Below the pieces are notes generated by a model. The model had not been told where the DNA came from. It saw nothing but the letters and a program-made list of their open reading frames with translations, and did no database searches. DNA of 64,000 nucleotides from Terriglobales bacterium (GTDB taxonomy: Bacteria; Acidobacteriota; Terriglobia; Terriglobales; Acidobacteriaceae). The DNA lies in assembly GCA_025936825.1 (NCBI GenBank), contig JAICSO010000010.1, positions 80,257 to 144,256 on the forward strand, in the 5' to 3' direction. How positions within the stretch are numbered: position 1 is the first letter of the stretch; the number at the start of each line of letters is the position of its first letter. Positions 1 through 9,110 of this stretch are shown here, in pieces. The translations under genes and the position numbers were made by a program.

Positions 1-989
1 TCGTTGCCGTAAATGTCCGGTGCAATGGCATCGATGGCGGGCGCTAACGCGCGCCACAGACCTACCCACTCCTGCACGGCGCCGCCGCTAGGATACTGGA
101 TGCCAGGGATGGAAATCCGCCGCTCGGGCAGCTCACCAGGCGGATAGCTCAGCCACACATTGATGTAGACGGGAATACCAAATTCTTTTTTGCCGGCGGC
201 GACGATTTCGTTTACATACTTTGCCTGGTGGTAGAGCTGAAACAATTCGTCAGCATTGTCGCGAAAAACTTCGCTCCACGTACCCGGCTGCTTGTGCGCG
301 GCCGCCAACATGTCCGGAGGAACGGATCCGGCAAACTCCTTGTTCGACTCAGGCGAGAAGTCGCGCGCGCTCCCGATAATCCCGGATTCGTTTTCCGCTT
401 GCACCATCAGCACCGTATGCTGGTCGCCGTCAATCGTTTTGAGGTGGCGCATCAGCGCGGTGAACGCGGCTTTGTCGGCATCGAGATTGGAACGAGAACT
501 GGCGGAGAGACCGTCAATGGGATTGCCGTCGGCGCGGATCACCCGCGGAAAACGCTTAGTGTCGGTCTTCACCCACTGCGGCACGTAATGCATGTTGCCG
601 TTCTTCCAGGTGCCGAACCATAGGAGAACGACATGTAAGTTGTGCTCGCGCGCGCCGTTTATCAGAGCATCGACGTTGTCCCAGTTGAACTTTCCTTCCT
701 GAGGCTCCATCTGCTCCCAATACACGGGTGCTTCCATGGTGTTGGCGTGCAGTTCTGCAATCGCCTTGAAGACCCTTGGCAGCTCCGAAGGCCACGCGCT
801 GGAATTGTGCAATTGGCCTCCGAGCATCAGGTAGGGTTGGCCGTCGACCAGAAGAGCCCAGCGGCCGTCCTTCTGGACAAAACGCGGAGCTTCGGCTGCG
901 AAAGTGAAAGCAGCGGCGCCCAGGCAGAACAGAAATATGACTAGGCATTTACGAAAGAGATGCGGGTTGCAGAATCTGGTGTCTTTCAT
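1..989 (-). CDS. Secreted clan GH-A glycoside hydrolase, GH35/GH42-like beta-galactosidase family. Only the N-terminal ~329 aa are present; the C-terminus lies beyond the left window edge.
   Basis: Absent from the ORF track because there is no stop inside the window. Hand translation of the minus strand from ATG (987-989) gives MKDTRFCNPHLFRKCLVIFLFCLGAAAFTFAAEAPRFVQKDGRWALLVDGQPYLMLGGQLHNSSAWPSELPRVFKAIAELHANTMEAPVYWEQMEPQEGKFNWDNVDALINGAREHNLHVVLLWFGTWKNGNMHYVPQW...HTVLMVQAENESG..., and the frame stays open to position 1. It has a signal peptide plus the YWEQxEP and QxENE motifs typical of (beta/alpha)8 galactosidases. Confidence 0.6.
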   Translation of the reverse strand, partial: MKDTRFCNPHLFRKCLVIFLFCLGAAAFTFAAEAPRFVQKDGRWALLVDGQPYLMLGGQLHNSSAWPSELPRVFKAIAELHANTMEAPVYWEQMEPQEGKFNWDNVDALINGAREHNLHVVLLWFGTWKNGNMHYVPQWVKTDTKRFPRVIRADGNPIDGLSASSRSNLDADKAAFTALMRHLKTIDGDQHTVLMVQAENESGIIGSARDFSPESNKEFAGSVPPDMLAAAHKQPGTWSEVFRDNADELFQLYHQAKYVNEIVAAGKKEFGIPVYINVWLSYPPGELPERRISIPGIQYPSGGAVQEWVGLWRALAPAIDAIAPDIYGN

Positions 990-1007
990 GAAGACAGATC
1001 CCCCTTT

Positions 1008-2768
1008 TCAGCTTTTCTTCCAACCTTTGTTATCCACGCGGCCAACTCCCTCACGAAAGGTCACGAGTTGATCGACCGCCACAGCTTTGAACATTTCGTG
1101 CAGGCCGTTCGGCCAAAAAATTTCAACGTCCGCTGATGTAACTGCGCCAAGACCAAAGTGCAGCCGTGGATCACTGCACGAATAATAGCTGGACTGGCTT
1201 ACGACGGCCTGCACCTGCTTTTTGCCGCCGTAGTGAACGATCACTCGCGCGCCGATCGCGCTGCGGTTCGACTTGACGCCTTCCAGCTTGACCTTGACCC
1301 AGTGCTGCTTCGGATCGACATCGTTGCGCAGCAATGACGGACGTTCGTTCATGTTCATGATGAGCACGTCCATGTCGCCGTCGTTATCGAAATCCCCGAA
1401 AGCGCAGCCGCGGCTGCTGTGAGGGGTGGAAATTCCCGGGCCGCCTTGCGTGGGGAGTTCTTCGAATGTCCCATCTCCTAAATTTCGGAACAGAACGCGC
1501 GGCGTCTTGTACGGATACTGCGGAAGCTTGGCTTCTACTTCGGGGTAGACGCTGCCGGTTGCGATGAGCACGTCAGGATAGCCGTCATTATCGAAATCGA
1601 CGAGGCCGGTCCCCCAACTGGTATAACGGGTCTCTACGCCGACCTTCACCAAACGAGTGACGTCGTCGAAATTACCTTTGCCATCACTGCGATAAAAACC
1701 GTCGGTGTCGCCGATGAAGTGGGTCTTGAAAAGATCGAGATGGCCATCGAGGTTGTAATCTCCGATACCAACTCCCATTCCGGCCTGCTCCATCCCGTCT
1801 TCGCTAAGCGCGACGCCGCGCATGACGCCTTCCTCGCGGAATGTGCCGTCGTGATTGTTCATGAACAGCAGGCTGGGCGTGGAATCGCACGCGACAAAAA
1901 TGTCGGGCCAGCCGTCTTCGTCGAAATCGGCGGTCACGACGGTCATGCCGTAGCTCTCGATCGCGACATCAATTCCTGCCTTCTTCGTGACATTCGTGAA
2001 GGTGCCATCGCCATCGTTGTGATAAAGCGAGTGCCTTCCGGTGGGCAAGCCGCGCGGGCCGCAATTTACAGGAACACCTTTCCAGTTGCAGGTGGAGTTC
2101 TCACCCGGCACGGGCGCATGCTGCAGATCAAAGCGGATGTAGTTCGAGACGAAGAGATCAAGGTGGCCATCGCGGTCATAATCGACAAACGCGCACCCAG
2201 CTCCCCAGCGCGGCGGTCCGTCTTCCCAAAGACCGGCTTGCTTGGTTACATCCGTGAAGGTGCCGTTCCCATTATTGCGAAAAAGTCGATTCTGCCCGAA
2301 GTAGGTGATGAAGATGTCGTCGAAGCCGTCGTTGTTGTAGTCGGCGACGCAGACGCCGTTCGCCCACCCTGCCATCTTCAATCCGGACTTTTCGGTAACA
2401 TCGGTAAATGTGCCGTCGCGATTGTTCTTATAGAGGCGATTCGTCGCCTCCGCTGGCGCGCCTTCGAGGCGGGTACCGGAAAGCAGCAACACGTCCATCC
2501 AGCCGTCGTTGTCGTAATCGATGAACGCACAACCGCAACCATTGGCTTCCAGAATGTATTTCTTGCTTTCTACCCCGCCGTAAATGACGGGCGCTTTGAG
2601 TCCGGCGGCTTCCGCGATGTCTTCCAAATGCGCGTTGAATGGCTTGCCCGAAGGCGGCGGCGCCGCCTGTGCTTTCACGTCGCGAGATGCAATCCCCTGT
2701 GACAATGCAGATTTCGCGGCGGCAGCGCAAAGTGAGAACAGTACGAATGAACGGCGAGTGATGGTCAT
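1008..2768 (-). CDS. CRTAC1-family secreted protein (FG-GAP/VCBS repeats plus a C-terminal ASPIC/UnbV domain)
   Basis: 586-aa ORF with signal MTITRRSFVLFSLCAAAAKSALS. It has repeated calcium-binding-type loops: DYDNDGWMDV, DYNNDGFDDI, DYDRDGHLDL, DFDEDGWPDI, DFDNDGYPDV, DFDNDGDMDV. The C-terminal NRSAIGARVIVHYGGKKQVQAVVSQSSYYSCSDPRLHFGLG resembles the UnbV/ASPIC signature. Confidence 0.85.
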   Translation of the reverse strand: MTITRRSFVLFSLCAAAAKSALSQGIASRDVKAQAAPPPSGKPFNAHLEDIAEAAGLKAPVIYGGVESKKYILEANGCGCAFIDYDNDGWMDVLLLSGTRLEGAPAEATNRLYKNNRDGTFTDVTEKSGLKMAGWANGVCVADYNNDGFDDIFITYFGQNRLFRNNGNGTFTDVTKQAGLWEDGPPRWGAGCAFVDYDRDGHLDLFVSNYIRFDLQHAPVPGENSTCNWKGVPVNCGPRGLPTGRHSLYHNDGDGTFTNVTKKAGIDVAIESYGMTVVTADFDEDGWPDIFVACDSTPSLLFMNNHDGTFREEGVMRGVALSEDGMEQAGMGVGIGDYNLDGHLDLFKTHFIGDTDGFYRSDGKGNFDDVTRLVKVGVETRYTSWGTGLVDFDNDGYPDVLIATGSVYPEVEAKLPQYPYKTPRVLFRNLGDGTFEELPTQGGPGISTPHSSRGCAFGDFDNDGDMDVLIMNMNERPSLLRNDVDPKQHWVKVKLEGVKSNRSAIGARVIVHYGGKKQVQAVVSQSSYYSCSDPRLHFGLGAVTSADVEIFWPNGLHEMFKAVAVDQLVTFREGVGRVDNKGWKKS

Positions 2769-2841
2769 TACGAAGCGATGGGTCCCTTATGCTTGAATGC
2801 CTTTATTGGACGGCAGTCTAGGATAAACCACGGACGAGGGT

Positions 2842-4314
2842 TCATTGTGGCGAGGAAGGCGGAGTCACGACCAGTTTGTAGCGATTGTTCTCTGCTTCCT
2901 GTCTAGTTGCATCCTGGCGGGCGGCGGCTAATCGCTTGAGGAGATCGGGGATCTCCTCTTTGTGATCGGTTTTCCGCAGCGCCACGATCATACGATAGAG
3001 CGCAGTCTGATCTTTCGGATTTTGCTTCAGTGCCGCGCGGCACTCCGCGACGGCAGCGTCGGTCTGACCCGCCTGCAGGTAATAGTTCGCGAGCACGTTA
3101 TGCGCGTTGCCAAGGCCTGGCTGCAGCCTCACCGCTTTCTTCGCGGCCTCCATTCCATGGGCAAATTCTGGAGTACCGGCCACCGGAGCTTTCTGCTGAA
3201 TGATGGCGGATTCCAGATAGAGCAAGAACGCGTCGTTCGGAGCTTTGGCAAGCTTCGATCGCACGACAGCAAGGGCCTTGTCGGGATCATCCTGATGTTT
3301 TTCTTCCGCGATGAGCCCTTGCGCGATTCCCGCTGCAGAATGCTGGGGATCCAGTTGTTCTGCTTTGTCAAAATCAGCCTGCGCCTTCTCGAAGTCGCCG
3401 ATCTGGACATATAGCACGCCGCGGGCCAGGTGGAGCGGAGCGGCATCGGGCTGCAGCTTGAGCCCTGAGTTCATCATTTCGATTCCGGCTTGAAACGACT
3501 GGTGAGCGAATGCGATGTTGGCGAAGTCCACATAGAGCGACGTGCGGCGCGGATCTTTGACGATGGCGTCACGAAGGAGTTTCACCGCTTCTGGAGTTTC
3601 GCCGAGAGCTTCGTGCGCGGAGGCGGCGAGTTGCAGCGTGCCCACGTCCGGATCAGCTTCGAGAAGTGCTTGCAATGTCGCGAGCGCATCGCGCGGATGA
3701 TTGGCGGCAAATTGCACGGTCGCCAACCCGTTGCGCGCACGCGGATCGTCGGGATGAGAAGTCAGAACCTGCTGAAAGATGGCGACAGCCTTGTCAGCCT
3801 GCTTTACACGAAGGAGGCAAGCCCCGTATTCCTGCATCGCACCAGGCTGCACGCTGATGATCTGCTGACTCTTCTCGAATTCGGTGACAGCTTCGGTGCA
3901 ATTCCCTTGCTTGTAAGCAAGCGTCCCGAGCATGGCGTGACTGGTCTGGTCAGCGGGACGTAACTGGGCAATGCGGTGGAGAAGAATCGCGGCTTCTTTG
4001 TTGTCGGCTTCGTATTGAATCTGAGCAGCACCTTCTAGAGCCGGTAGATAGTTCGGCGTGAGCTTCAGGGCACGATGGTAGGCGCCGAGCGCTTCTTTGG
4101 GTTTCTTCTGCGCCGATAGGGCGATACCCTTCAACGTCCAGAGTTGAGAGTCGTTAGGAGTAGCCGCGAGTCCCTCGTCCGCAAGCTGCACTGCCTGCGT
4201 CGCGTTTCCAGCGCGTAACGCGGAAGTGATTTGAGCGACCCGACTCGGTGCCTGAGCCTGGATATACAGACAACAACCGAGTGTAATCGCGGCTACTCTT
4301 CGGAACACAACCAT
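2842..4314 (-). CDS. Secreted tetratricopeptide-repeat (TPR) protein, paralog A
   Basis: 490-aa ORF with signal MVVFRRVAAITLGCCLYIQAQA. It shows 34-residue TPR periodicity throughout (e.g. EALGAYHRALKLTPNYLPALEGAAQIQY, KAQADFDKAEQLDPQHS, AAVAECRAALKQNPKDQTALYRMIVAL). It is collinear with the ORF at 13628..15106. Confidence 0.85.
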   Translation of the reverse strand: MVVFRRVAAITLGCCLYIQAQAPSRVAQITSALRAGNATQAVQLADEGLAATPNDSQLWTLKGIALSAQKKPKEALGAYHRALKLTPNYLPALEGAAQIQYEADNKEAAILLHRIAQLRPADQTSHAMLGTLAYKQGNCTEAVTEFEKSQQIISVQPGAMQEYGACLLRVKQADKAVAIFQQVLTSHPDDPRARNGLATVQFAANHPRDALATLQALLEADPDVGTLQLAASAHEALGETPEAVKLLRDAIVKDPRRTSLYVDFANIAFAHQSFQAGIEMMNSGLKLQPDAAPLHLARGVLYVQIGDFEKAQADFDKAEQLDPQHSAAGIAQGLIAEEKHQDDPDKALAVVRSKLAKAPNDAFLLYLESAIIQQKAPVAGTPEFAHGMEAAKKAVRLQPGLGNAHNVLANYYLQAGQTDAAVAECRAALKQNPKDQTALYRMIVALRKTDHKEEIPDLLKRLAAARQDATRQEAENNRYKLVVTPPSSPQ

Positions 4315-4355
4315 TGCATCAACATTATCCGCGATCCACCCCGACAGCGTGCCAA

Positions 4356-6209
4356 CTAGGCTTCCGTCCTGAGGTACAAGCGATATTCCTCATCCATGAT
4401 CTTCGCGAAAGGCCGAAAAGTGAGAACACCCGAACCAGCCCGTGCCGTCCAATCATCTGACGACTGAGAGACTCGCGTTGCCGCCATCAGTTGGGACTTT
4501 GATATGCGCGCGGGGACTTCGCTCACTGCAAAAAGTGCTAGCGGGCCCTGAACGAGTGCGACGTTATTTTGATCTTCATTGTCGATCGCTTCCAGCCGCA
4601 GCGGCATCTCGAATTCGATCTCAACACGATCGCCGTCCTTCCAACTGCGCTGCACGGCGGCGAACTTGCCGGGTTCGATGGCCGGATCGGTACGGCCTCC
4701 ATTTACCGAAACGCGAGTTTTTGCACCAGCCCACGCGGGAATTCGCACGTACATGGTGAATATTTCTGGCTTCGGCATGGACAATGCCAACTGCGTTGTC
4801 TGCGCGTGTGGATACTCCGTATTCTGTGTAAGTGTGACCTGAGTACCGTTTTGCGACCACGCGACCCGTGATGGCAAGAACAGGTTGACGTAAATTCCGT
4901 CGTTGCTCTTGTAATACGAGCTGATGCCGTAATCAGCAGCGAGTTGGGGATACGTTCCCGAACAGCAAGGCCATTTGTCCTTGTAATGCACCTTTTTGGC
5001 CGAGTTGTTGTAGTCGGAGTAATAGAAGCTGGTACCGTCAGGCATTACAGGATGTGCGCCGGCGATGGTGTTGTAGAGCACGCGTTCCATGCTGTCGCCG
5101 TATCGGGAGTCTCGCGTCGTACGCAGCAAATATCGAGTGATCTTGAAGTGACCATACGCTCCGCAAGGCGTCTCGAAGCTGGCGTGCGTTGTGCCCAGGC
5201 TCGCATCGAGCAGACCTTTCCCGGGCGGAACGAAGGCTTCATCCGGTCCCCAACCCCCTGTAGCGAAGCTCTGCTCATGAACAAACTGCAGACCATTCTT
5301 CGCTGCGCGCAGATATTTCTCATCGCCGAGCACCAGGTACGACTGCATCGCCGAACTCAGTGCGTTGACGTGGCTGTAGGCGTGCTCGCCAGGAAGAACA
5401 TTTTGTCCATCAGCAAGTGGGCCGAAGTAATCCTGCTCAATGAAGCGAACCGCCAAATCGCGGTATTCCTTCCGGCCGCTACGACGATATGCGAGGAAGA
5501 AATTTTCGGGAAGCGTGTAGGTCTCATCCCACGTATCCGCCACCATGGCATGAGGACGAGCCCGCTGTTCAGCGCGGCTAAGAGCCTTCTCGGGCAAGTA
5601 CGGCAATGCCGCCTGTGTGGCACGCCAGTGGACATCCAGCGCGTCAGGGCACTTGGCGAATTCGTGCGCATCGATGAGGCCACAACTGGTTTTGTCGTAG
5701 GTATACGCGGGAAGATGATACCCCCGGTAAAACTTTCCAGAAGGTTCGACGGTTTCACCGAAAGCGCGGACTAGGCGATGCACCTTTTCTTGCGTGGCTT
5801 GCGAACCCGTAACCGCGTATGCGCGCGCTAGACCGGAGAGATACTGCCCAAAGCTGTGACCCGGAATGAAGGCATGAAAATTCTCCGGTGGGCTAAAGTC
5901 GTCGGCGTTGTCGTACCAGCCCCCCATATCGGGCCCTGGAGCGGGCATGCCTTCGCGCTGGCGGAACGGCTTCAGCATGGCGTCTTCGTCGAGATGCAAG
6001 TAAACATCGTGGTTGCGATCAAACTGCTCGCGAAAAAGGCCAGGTAATAGTTGGACCTGACCATACTCAAACACGGACAGCGGAGGTTCTACAGCAACGG
6101 CGGCTGAACTATTGCTGGCCCAAACAGCGGGCGTACGCGCCAAAAGTGCGGATCCGGCGACAGCAGCGCCAGAAAGTTGCATGAATTCACGTCGAGAAGT
6201 TTTTTTCAT
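4356..6209 (-). CDS. GH127-family (DUF1680) beta-L-arabinofuranosidase-like glycoside hydrolase, Tat-exported
   Basis: The track ORF is 4356..6266. I place the start at the in-frame ATG at 6209, which gives MKKTSRREFMQLSGAAVAGSALLARTPAVWA (twin-arginine signal). FETPCGAYGHF and KWPCCSGTYPQ fit the Glu/Cys and Cys-Cys zinc and catalytic site pattern known for GH127 HypBA1. Confidence 0.8.
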   Translation of the reverse strand: MKKTSRREFMQLSGAAVAGSALLARTPAVWASNSSAAVAVEPPLSVFEYGQVQLLPGLFREQFDRNHDVYLHLDEDAMLKPFRQREGMPAPGPDMGGWYDNADDFSPPENFHAFIPGHSFGQYLSGLARAYAVTGSQATQEKVHRLVRAFGETVEPSGKFYRGYHLPAYTYDKTSCGLIDAHEFAKCPDALDVHWRATQAALPYLPEKALSRAEQRARPHAMVADTWDETYTLPENFFLAYRRSGRKEYRDLAVRFIEQDYFGPLADGQNVLPGEHAYSHVNALSSAMQSYLVLGDEKYLRAAKNGLQFVHEQSFATGGWGPDEAFVPPGKGLLDASLGTTHASFETPCGAYGHFKITRYLLRTTRDSRYGDSMERVLYNTIAGAHPVMPDGTSFYYSDYNNSAKKVHYKDKWPCCSGTYPQLAADYGISSYYKSNDGIYVNLFLPSRVAWSQNGTQVTLTQNTEYPHAQTTQLALSMPKPEIFTMYVRIPAWAGAKTRVSVNGGRTDPAIEPGKFAAVQRSWKDGDRVEIEFEMPLRLEAIDNEDQNNVALVQGPLALFAVSEVPARISKSQLMAATRVSQSSDDWTARAGSGVLTFRPFAKIMDEEYRLYLRTEA

Positions 6210-6331
6210 GAAGTTCTCACCAATAAGACCACAGGAGAAAATACGGGAACATGCGCCACTCTGCATGGTACATGTGTCTCATATAGTGGGATGCACCAAG
6301 GCAAGCATCACGCACATAGAGATACCGTAAG

Positions 6332-6976
6332 CTAACTCGTGACCGGGATAATTCCTTGTTTAATCGCCACAGATGCGGCTTCGGTACGATCACTCACCTC
6401 GAGCTTCTGGGTGATGTTGTTGATGTGATTGCGTACTGTGTGTTTGCTGATGCCAAAGGCATCGCCGATTTCCTTGTTGGTCAAGCCCTTCGTGAGTAGT
6501 TCGAGGATCTCCAGTTCCCGAGCACTTAAACTCGAACGGTGGGTCCGCTCCGAGAGTCTGGCCGCAATGGAGGGTGGAAAGTACCTCTTCCCTGCGTGAA
6601 CAGCAGTGATTGCCGCTACGATCTCGTCCCGGGACATCTCCTTGAGAAGATAGCCACGCGCGCCGGCCTGCACAGACCGAAAAATCTCTTCTTCAAATTC
6701 GAAGCTGGAGAGGATGAGGACCTTCGGAGGCGATGCCTGGCGCGAGAGCACGTGGAGCATGTCAATTCCGCTCATTTTGGGCATCCGCAGGTCAAGCAAG
6801 ATTACGTCAACCGATCGATGCGAGAGCATAGCGAATGCCTCTTCGGCACTAGCCGCGACTCCCGAAATCTCGACTGCCTTATGTTTTCCCAGCATGCTGC
6901 TCAGCCCCGCCCTGACTACAGGGTGGTCATCGACGATCAGCAGCCGTATCGGCTTCTTTCCGTTTTCCTTGTCCAT
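6332..6976 (-). CDS. NarL/FixJ-type response regulator (receiver domain plus LuxR-type HTH)
   Basis: 214 aa. The receiver domain reads IRLLIVDDHPVVRAGL...DVILLDLRMPKMSG...KVLILSS. The C-terminal LSARELEILELLTKGLTNKEIGDAFGISKHTVRNHINNITQKLEVSDRTEA is a GerE/LuxR HTH. Confidence 0.9.
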   Translation of the reverse strand: MDKENGKKPIRLLIVDDHPVVRAGLSSMLGKHKAVEISGVAASAEEAFAMLSHRSVDVILLDLRMPKMSGIDMLHVLSRQASPPKVLILSSFEFEEEIFRSVQAGARGYLLKEMSRDEIVAAITAVHAGKRYFPPSIAARLSERTHRSSLSARELEILELLTKGLTNKEIGDAFGISKHTVRNHINNITQKLEVSDRTEAASVAIKQGIIPVTS

Positions 6977-9110
6977 TGAACCGATGCTCCAAGAGAGAGT
7001 GCCAAAGTGAGGTGAGCCGGGTCAGACTCACGGGAACCGGCGCAACCGCCTGCACGCTGGTTCCGACCCCGGGCGTACTGCGAATCTGAAGGTCCGCGGA
7101 AATATTATCCGCCCGCTTCCGCATGCCGCGGATTCCAAATCCCAAGGACTGCGAGTCAATCAAGAATCCTTTGCCGTTGTCTTCAACCGTCAGTTCCAGA
7201 AAATTGCCGCCGTAGGTCAAAGTTATTTTCAACAGCGTCGGACTGGAGTGGCGCACAGCGTTGGCGAGCGCTTCCTGGCCGATGCGAAAGAGAGTGTCAG
7301 AAATGCGTATCGGAATCCTTCCAGGCTCTCCGGAACTGGTCGCGATGACTCGAATGTTTCCGCCAGCGACCATGCTACGGGCGCTCTCCTCGAGCGCCGT
7401 GAGCAAGCCAACCGACTCCAGCAGTTCCGGACGCAGTGCCGCGATATTCCGTTTCGCTTCCTCATGGCTGCGGCGTACCAGCGTCGATGCCATCTCGATT
7501 TCGCGGTGCATTGCGGCACGATCGTCGACCTCGTCACGAATCGCCTGCAACTGGAAACCGATTCCGGCAAAACTCTGCGCCAGCGTGTCGTGCATCTCCT
7601 GTGCCAGCCGATGACGTTCGTCCAGCACGGCGGCGAACCGTGATCTCTCCATGTAGTTCTGAAATGCTTGGGCAATCAGAACAGCCAACAAGCAGGCAAT
7701 AATCGCGACGACAATGTTCCGGGTATTCCACCATGGCGGGCCCTGGAGGACTGCGACGTCATTTACAGAAGGAAGAAGAATGGCAAACGGCGTCAAATCA
7801 TGGGTGTATTGCGAACCTACAACGCAAATTCCACGCAGCCGAAGCCGGCTTTGCTCCTTAATTCCACGCAACGGAGTAACACCGCTGCTCACATTGGTGA
7901 CAACCTGGAAGGATTGATTGTCTTCGTCCAGATCAAAGACCACAGTGCCGTCCGCAGCTTGCTCTTTCCGTTGCAGATGTCCCTCAAGCTCGATGTATTG
8001 ACCATCGAAAGCTCCGGTGGCGGCCTGCGAGGCGGTAATCGTCATGGCATGCAGTGGCGCGTGCGCCCAGAGACTATGGACCTCCGCGTTCGTCATGATG
8101 GCACTGAACTCGTGAGGTTCGGCCACGCCCTTCGCTTCCACCTGGTCGCCAATCTGGGGTGGAGTTTTTGCATCGAAGCTCTGAATTTCCACGCCGCCGG
8201 TGGAATCTTGAACAAACAAGGACGGATGCGTAAGGGTCACAACGCCGTGAATGGCGACCGGCGTGGGTTTGTCGGGCGCCAGCGCTACCAGGTTTGAAAT
8301 CGGCAATCCGCCGGAATCGACGTGATGCGCGCGCATGTCAAGGTAGAGAGGCTCAAAATATTGCTCGTTGGCGTCGTTGGTCGGGTCGCCAAGGGGACCG
8401 ACTTTGGTCATTGGAGTAGGCCCCGGAATCTCGGCAGTCCCAGCAATTGCGAGCAGATCTGCACGACTGGCTGGGCGCACTCGAACATTTCTCCAAAGTC
8501 CGCCTGTCTGGTACGACTTCAAACCAAAGCGTCCCGACTTGACACAGTCGGGTAGACGAACGGCATCGATGGTGATCTCGCCGGTGAGTGAGGTTGCACT
8601 CGCAACGATGTTGCATTCATAGGCAAGCAGCTTGATGTGGTACCACTGCTGCGCCACCACGCGCGGTACAACGCGATTCCTCTGGTATTCGATCCAGCCA
8701 AAGCCGGCGTGGCCGAGGATCAGCGTGTTGTCGAGATCGCGCAACCCGGCGTAGTAGCCGTTGTAGGCATCAACGCCGACTTCCTCGTTGTTAGCCCGGA
8801 TGATGAGGCCTGCGTCTCCGTATTGACCCAGGAGCTGCACGTCGGCTTCGATCATGTAGTTGCTGACGGAGGGGTTCCCGTTCATCAGCTTTGCGCCGCG
8901 CTCATCGGAGTTATTGAGCATGGCACCATTCAGAAATTGCCAAGCACCCCCGAATGGCTGCCAATCGTCGCGCGTTTCTAGATTGCCGCTCTGCGGAAAA
9001 CGGGGAGCCTGCCACCAGCGCCGGTGTACGAAGAACACGATGGCTCCGACGGCGACTACAAACACTGCAATCGACAACACACCGACTCGCCGCCGCAGTT
9101 TCGGGCTCAT
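6927..9110 (-). CDS. Sensor histidine kinase (HisKA_3 + HATPase_c) with a large (~430 aa) extracytoplasmic domain
   Basis: The track ORF is 6927..9125. I prefer the ATG at 9110 (MSPKLRRRVGVLSIAVFVVAVGAIVFFV) because it forms an ATGA overlap with the stop of the upstream binding-protein gene. There are two TM segments, at about aa 10-30 and IVVAIIACLLAVLIAQAF. The H-box is HRLAQEMHDTLAQSFAGIGFQL, and the ATPase region is VEDNGKGF...GFGIRGMRKRA. The 3' end overlaps the response-regulator start by 50 nt. Confidence 0.85.
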   Translation of the reverse strand: MSPKLRRRVGVLSIAVFVVAVGAIVFFVHRRWWQAPRFPQSGNLETRDDWQPFGGAWQFLNGAMLNNSDERGAKLMNGNPSVSNYMIEADVQLLGQYGDAGLIIRANNEEVGVDAYNGYYAGLRDLDNTLILGHAGFGWIEYQRNRVVPRVVAQQWYHIKLLAYECNIVASATSLTGEITIDAVRLPDCVKSGRFGLKSYQTGGLWRNVRVRPASRADLLAIAGTAEIPGPTPMTKVGPLGDPTNDANEQYFEPLYLDMRAHHVDSGGLPISNLVALAPDKPTPVAIHGVVTLTHPSLFVQDSTGGVEIQSFDAKTPPQIGDQVEAKGVAEPHEFSAIMTNAEVHSLWAHAPLHAMTITASQAATGAFDGQYIELEGHLQRKEQAADGTVVFDLDEDNQSFQVVTNVSSGVTPLRGIKEQSRLRLRGICVVGSQYTHDLTPFAILLPSVNDVAVLQGPPWWNTRNIVVAIIACLLAVLIAQAFQNYMERSRFAAVLDERHRLAQEMHDTLAQSFAGIGFQLQAIRDEVDDRAAMHREIEMASTLVRRSHEEAKRNIAALRPELLESVGLLTALEESARSMVAGGNIRVIATSSGEPGRIPIRISDTLFRIGQEALANAVRHSSPTLLKITLTYGGNFLELTVEDNGKGFLIDSQSLGFGIRGMRKRADNISADLQIRSTPGVGTSVQAVAPVPVSLTRLTSLWHSLLEHRFNGQGKRKEADTAADRR

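Noticed and set aside
1719-2702. 327-aa plus-strand ORF antisense to the CRTAC1 gene. Also 19743..20460 antisense to nirB, 20751..21530 antisense to nasA, 23561..24148 antisense to the FeS fusion, 49213..49932 and 51071..52375 antisense to the DUF1553/DUF1501 genes, and 59069..59920 antisense to the PNGase-like gene.
   Set aside because: These are shadow ORFs opposite strongly supported CDSs, and none has a recognisable domain.
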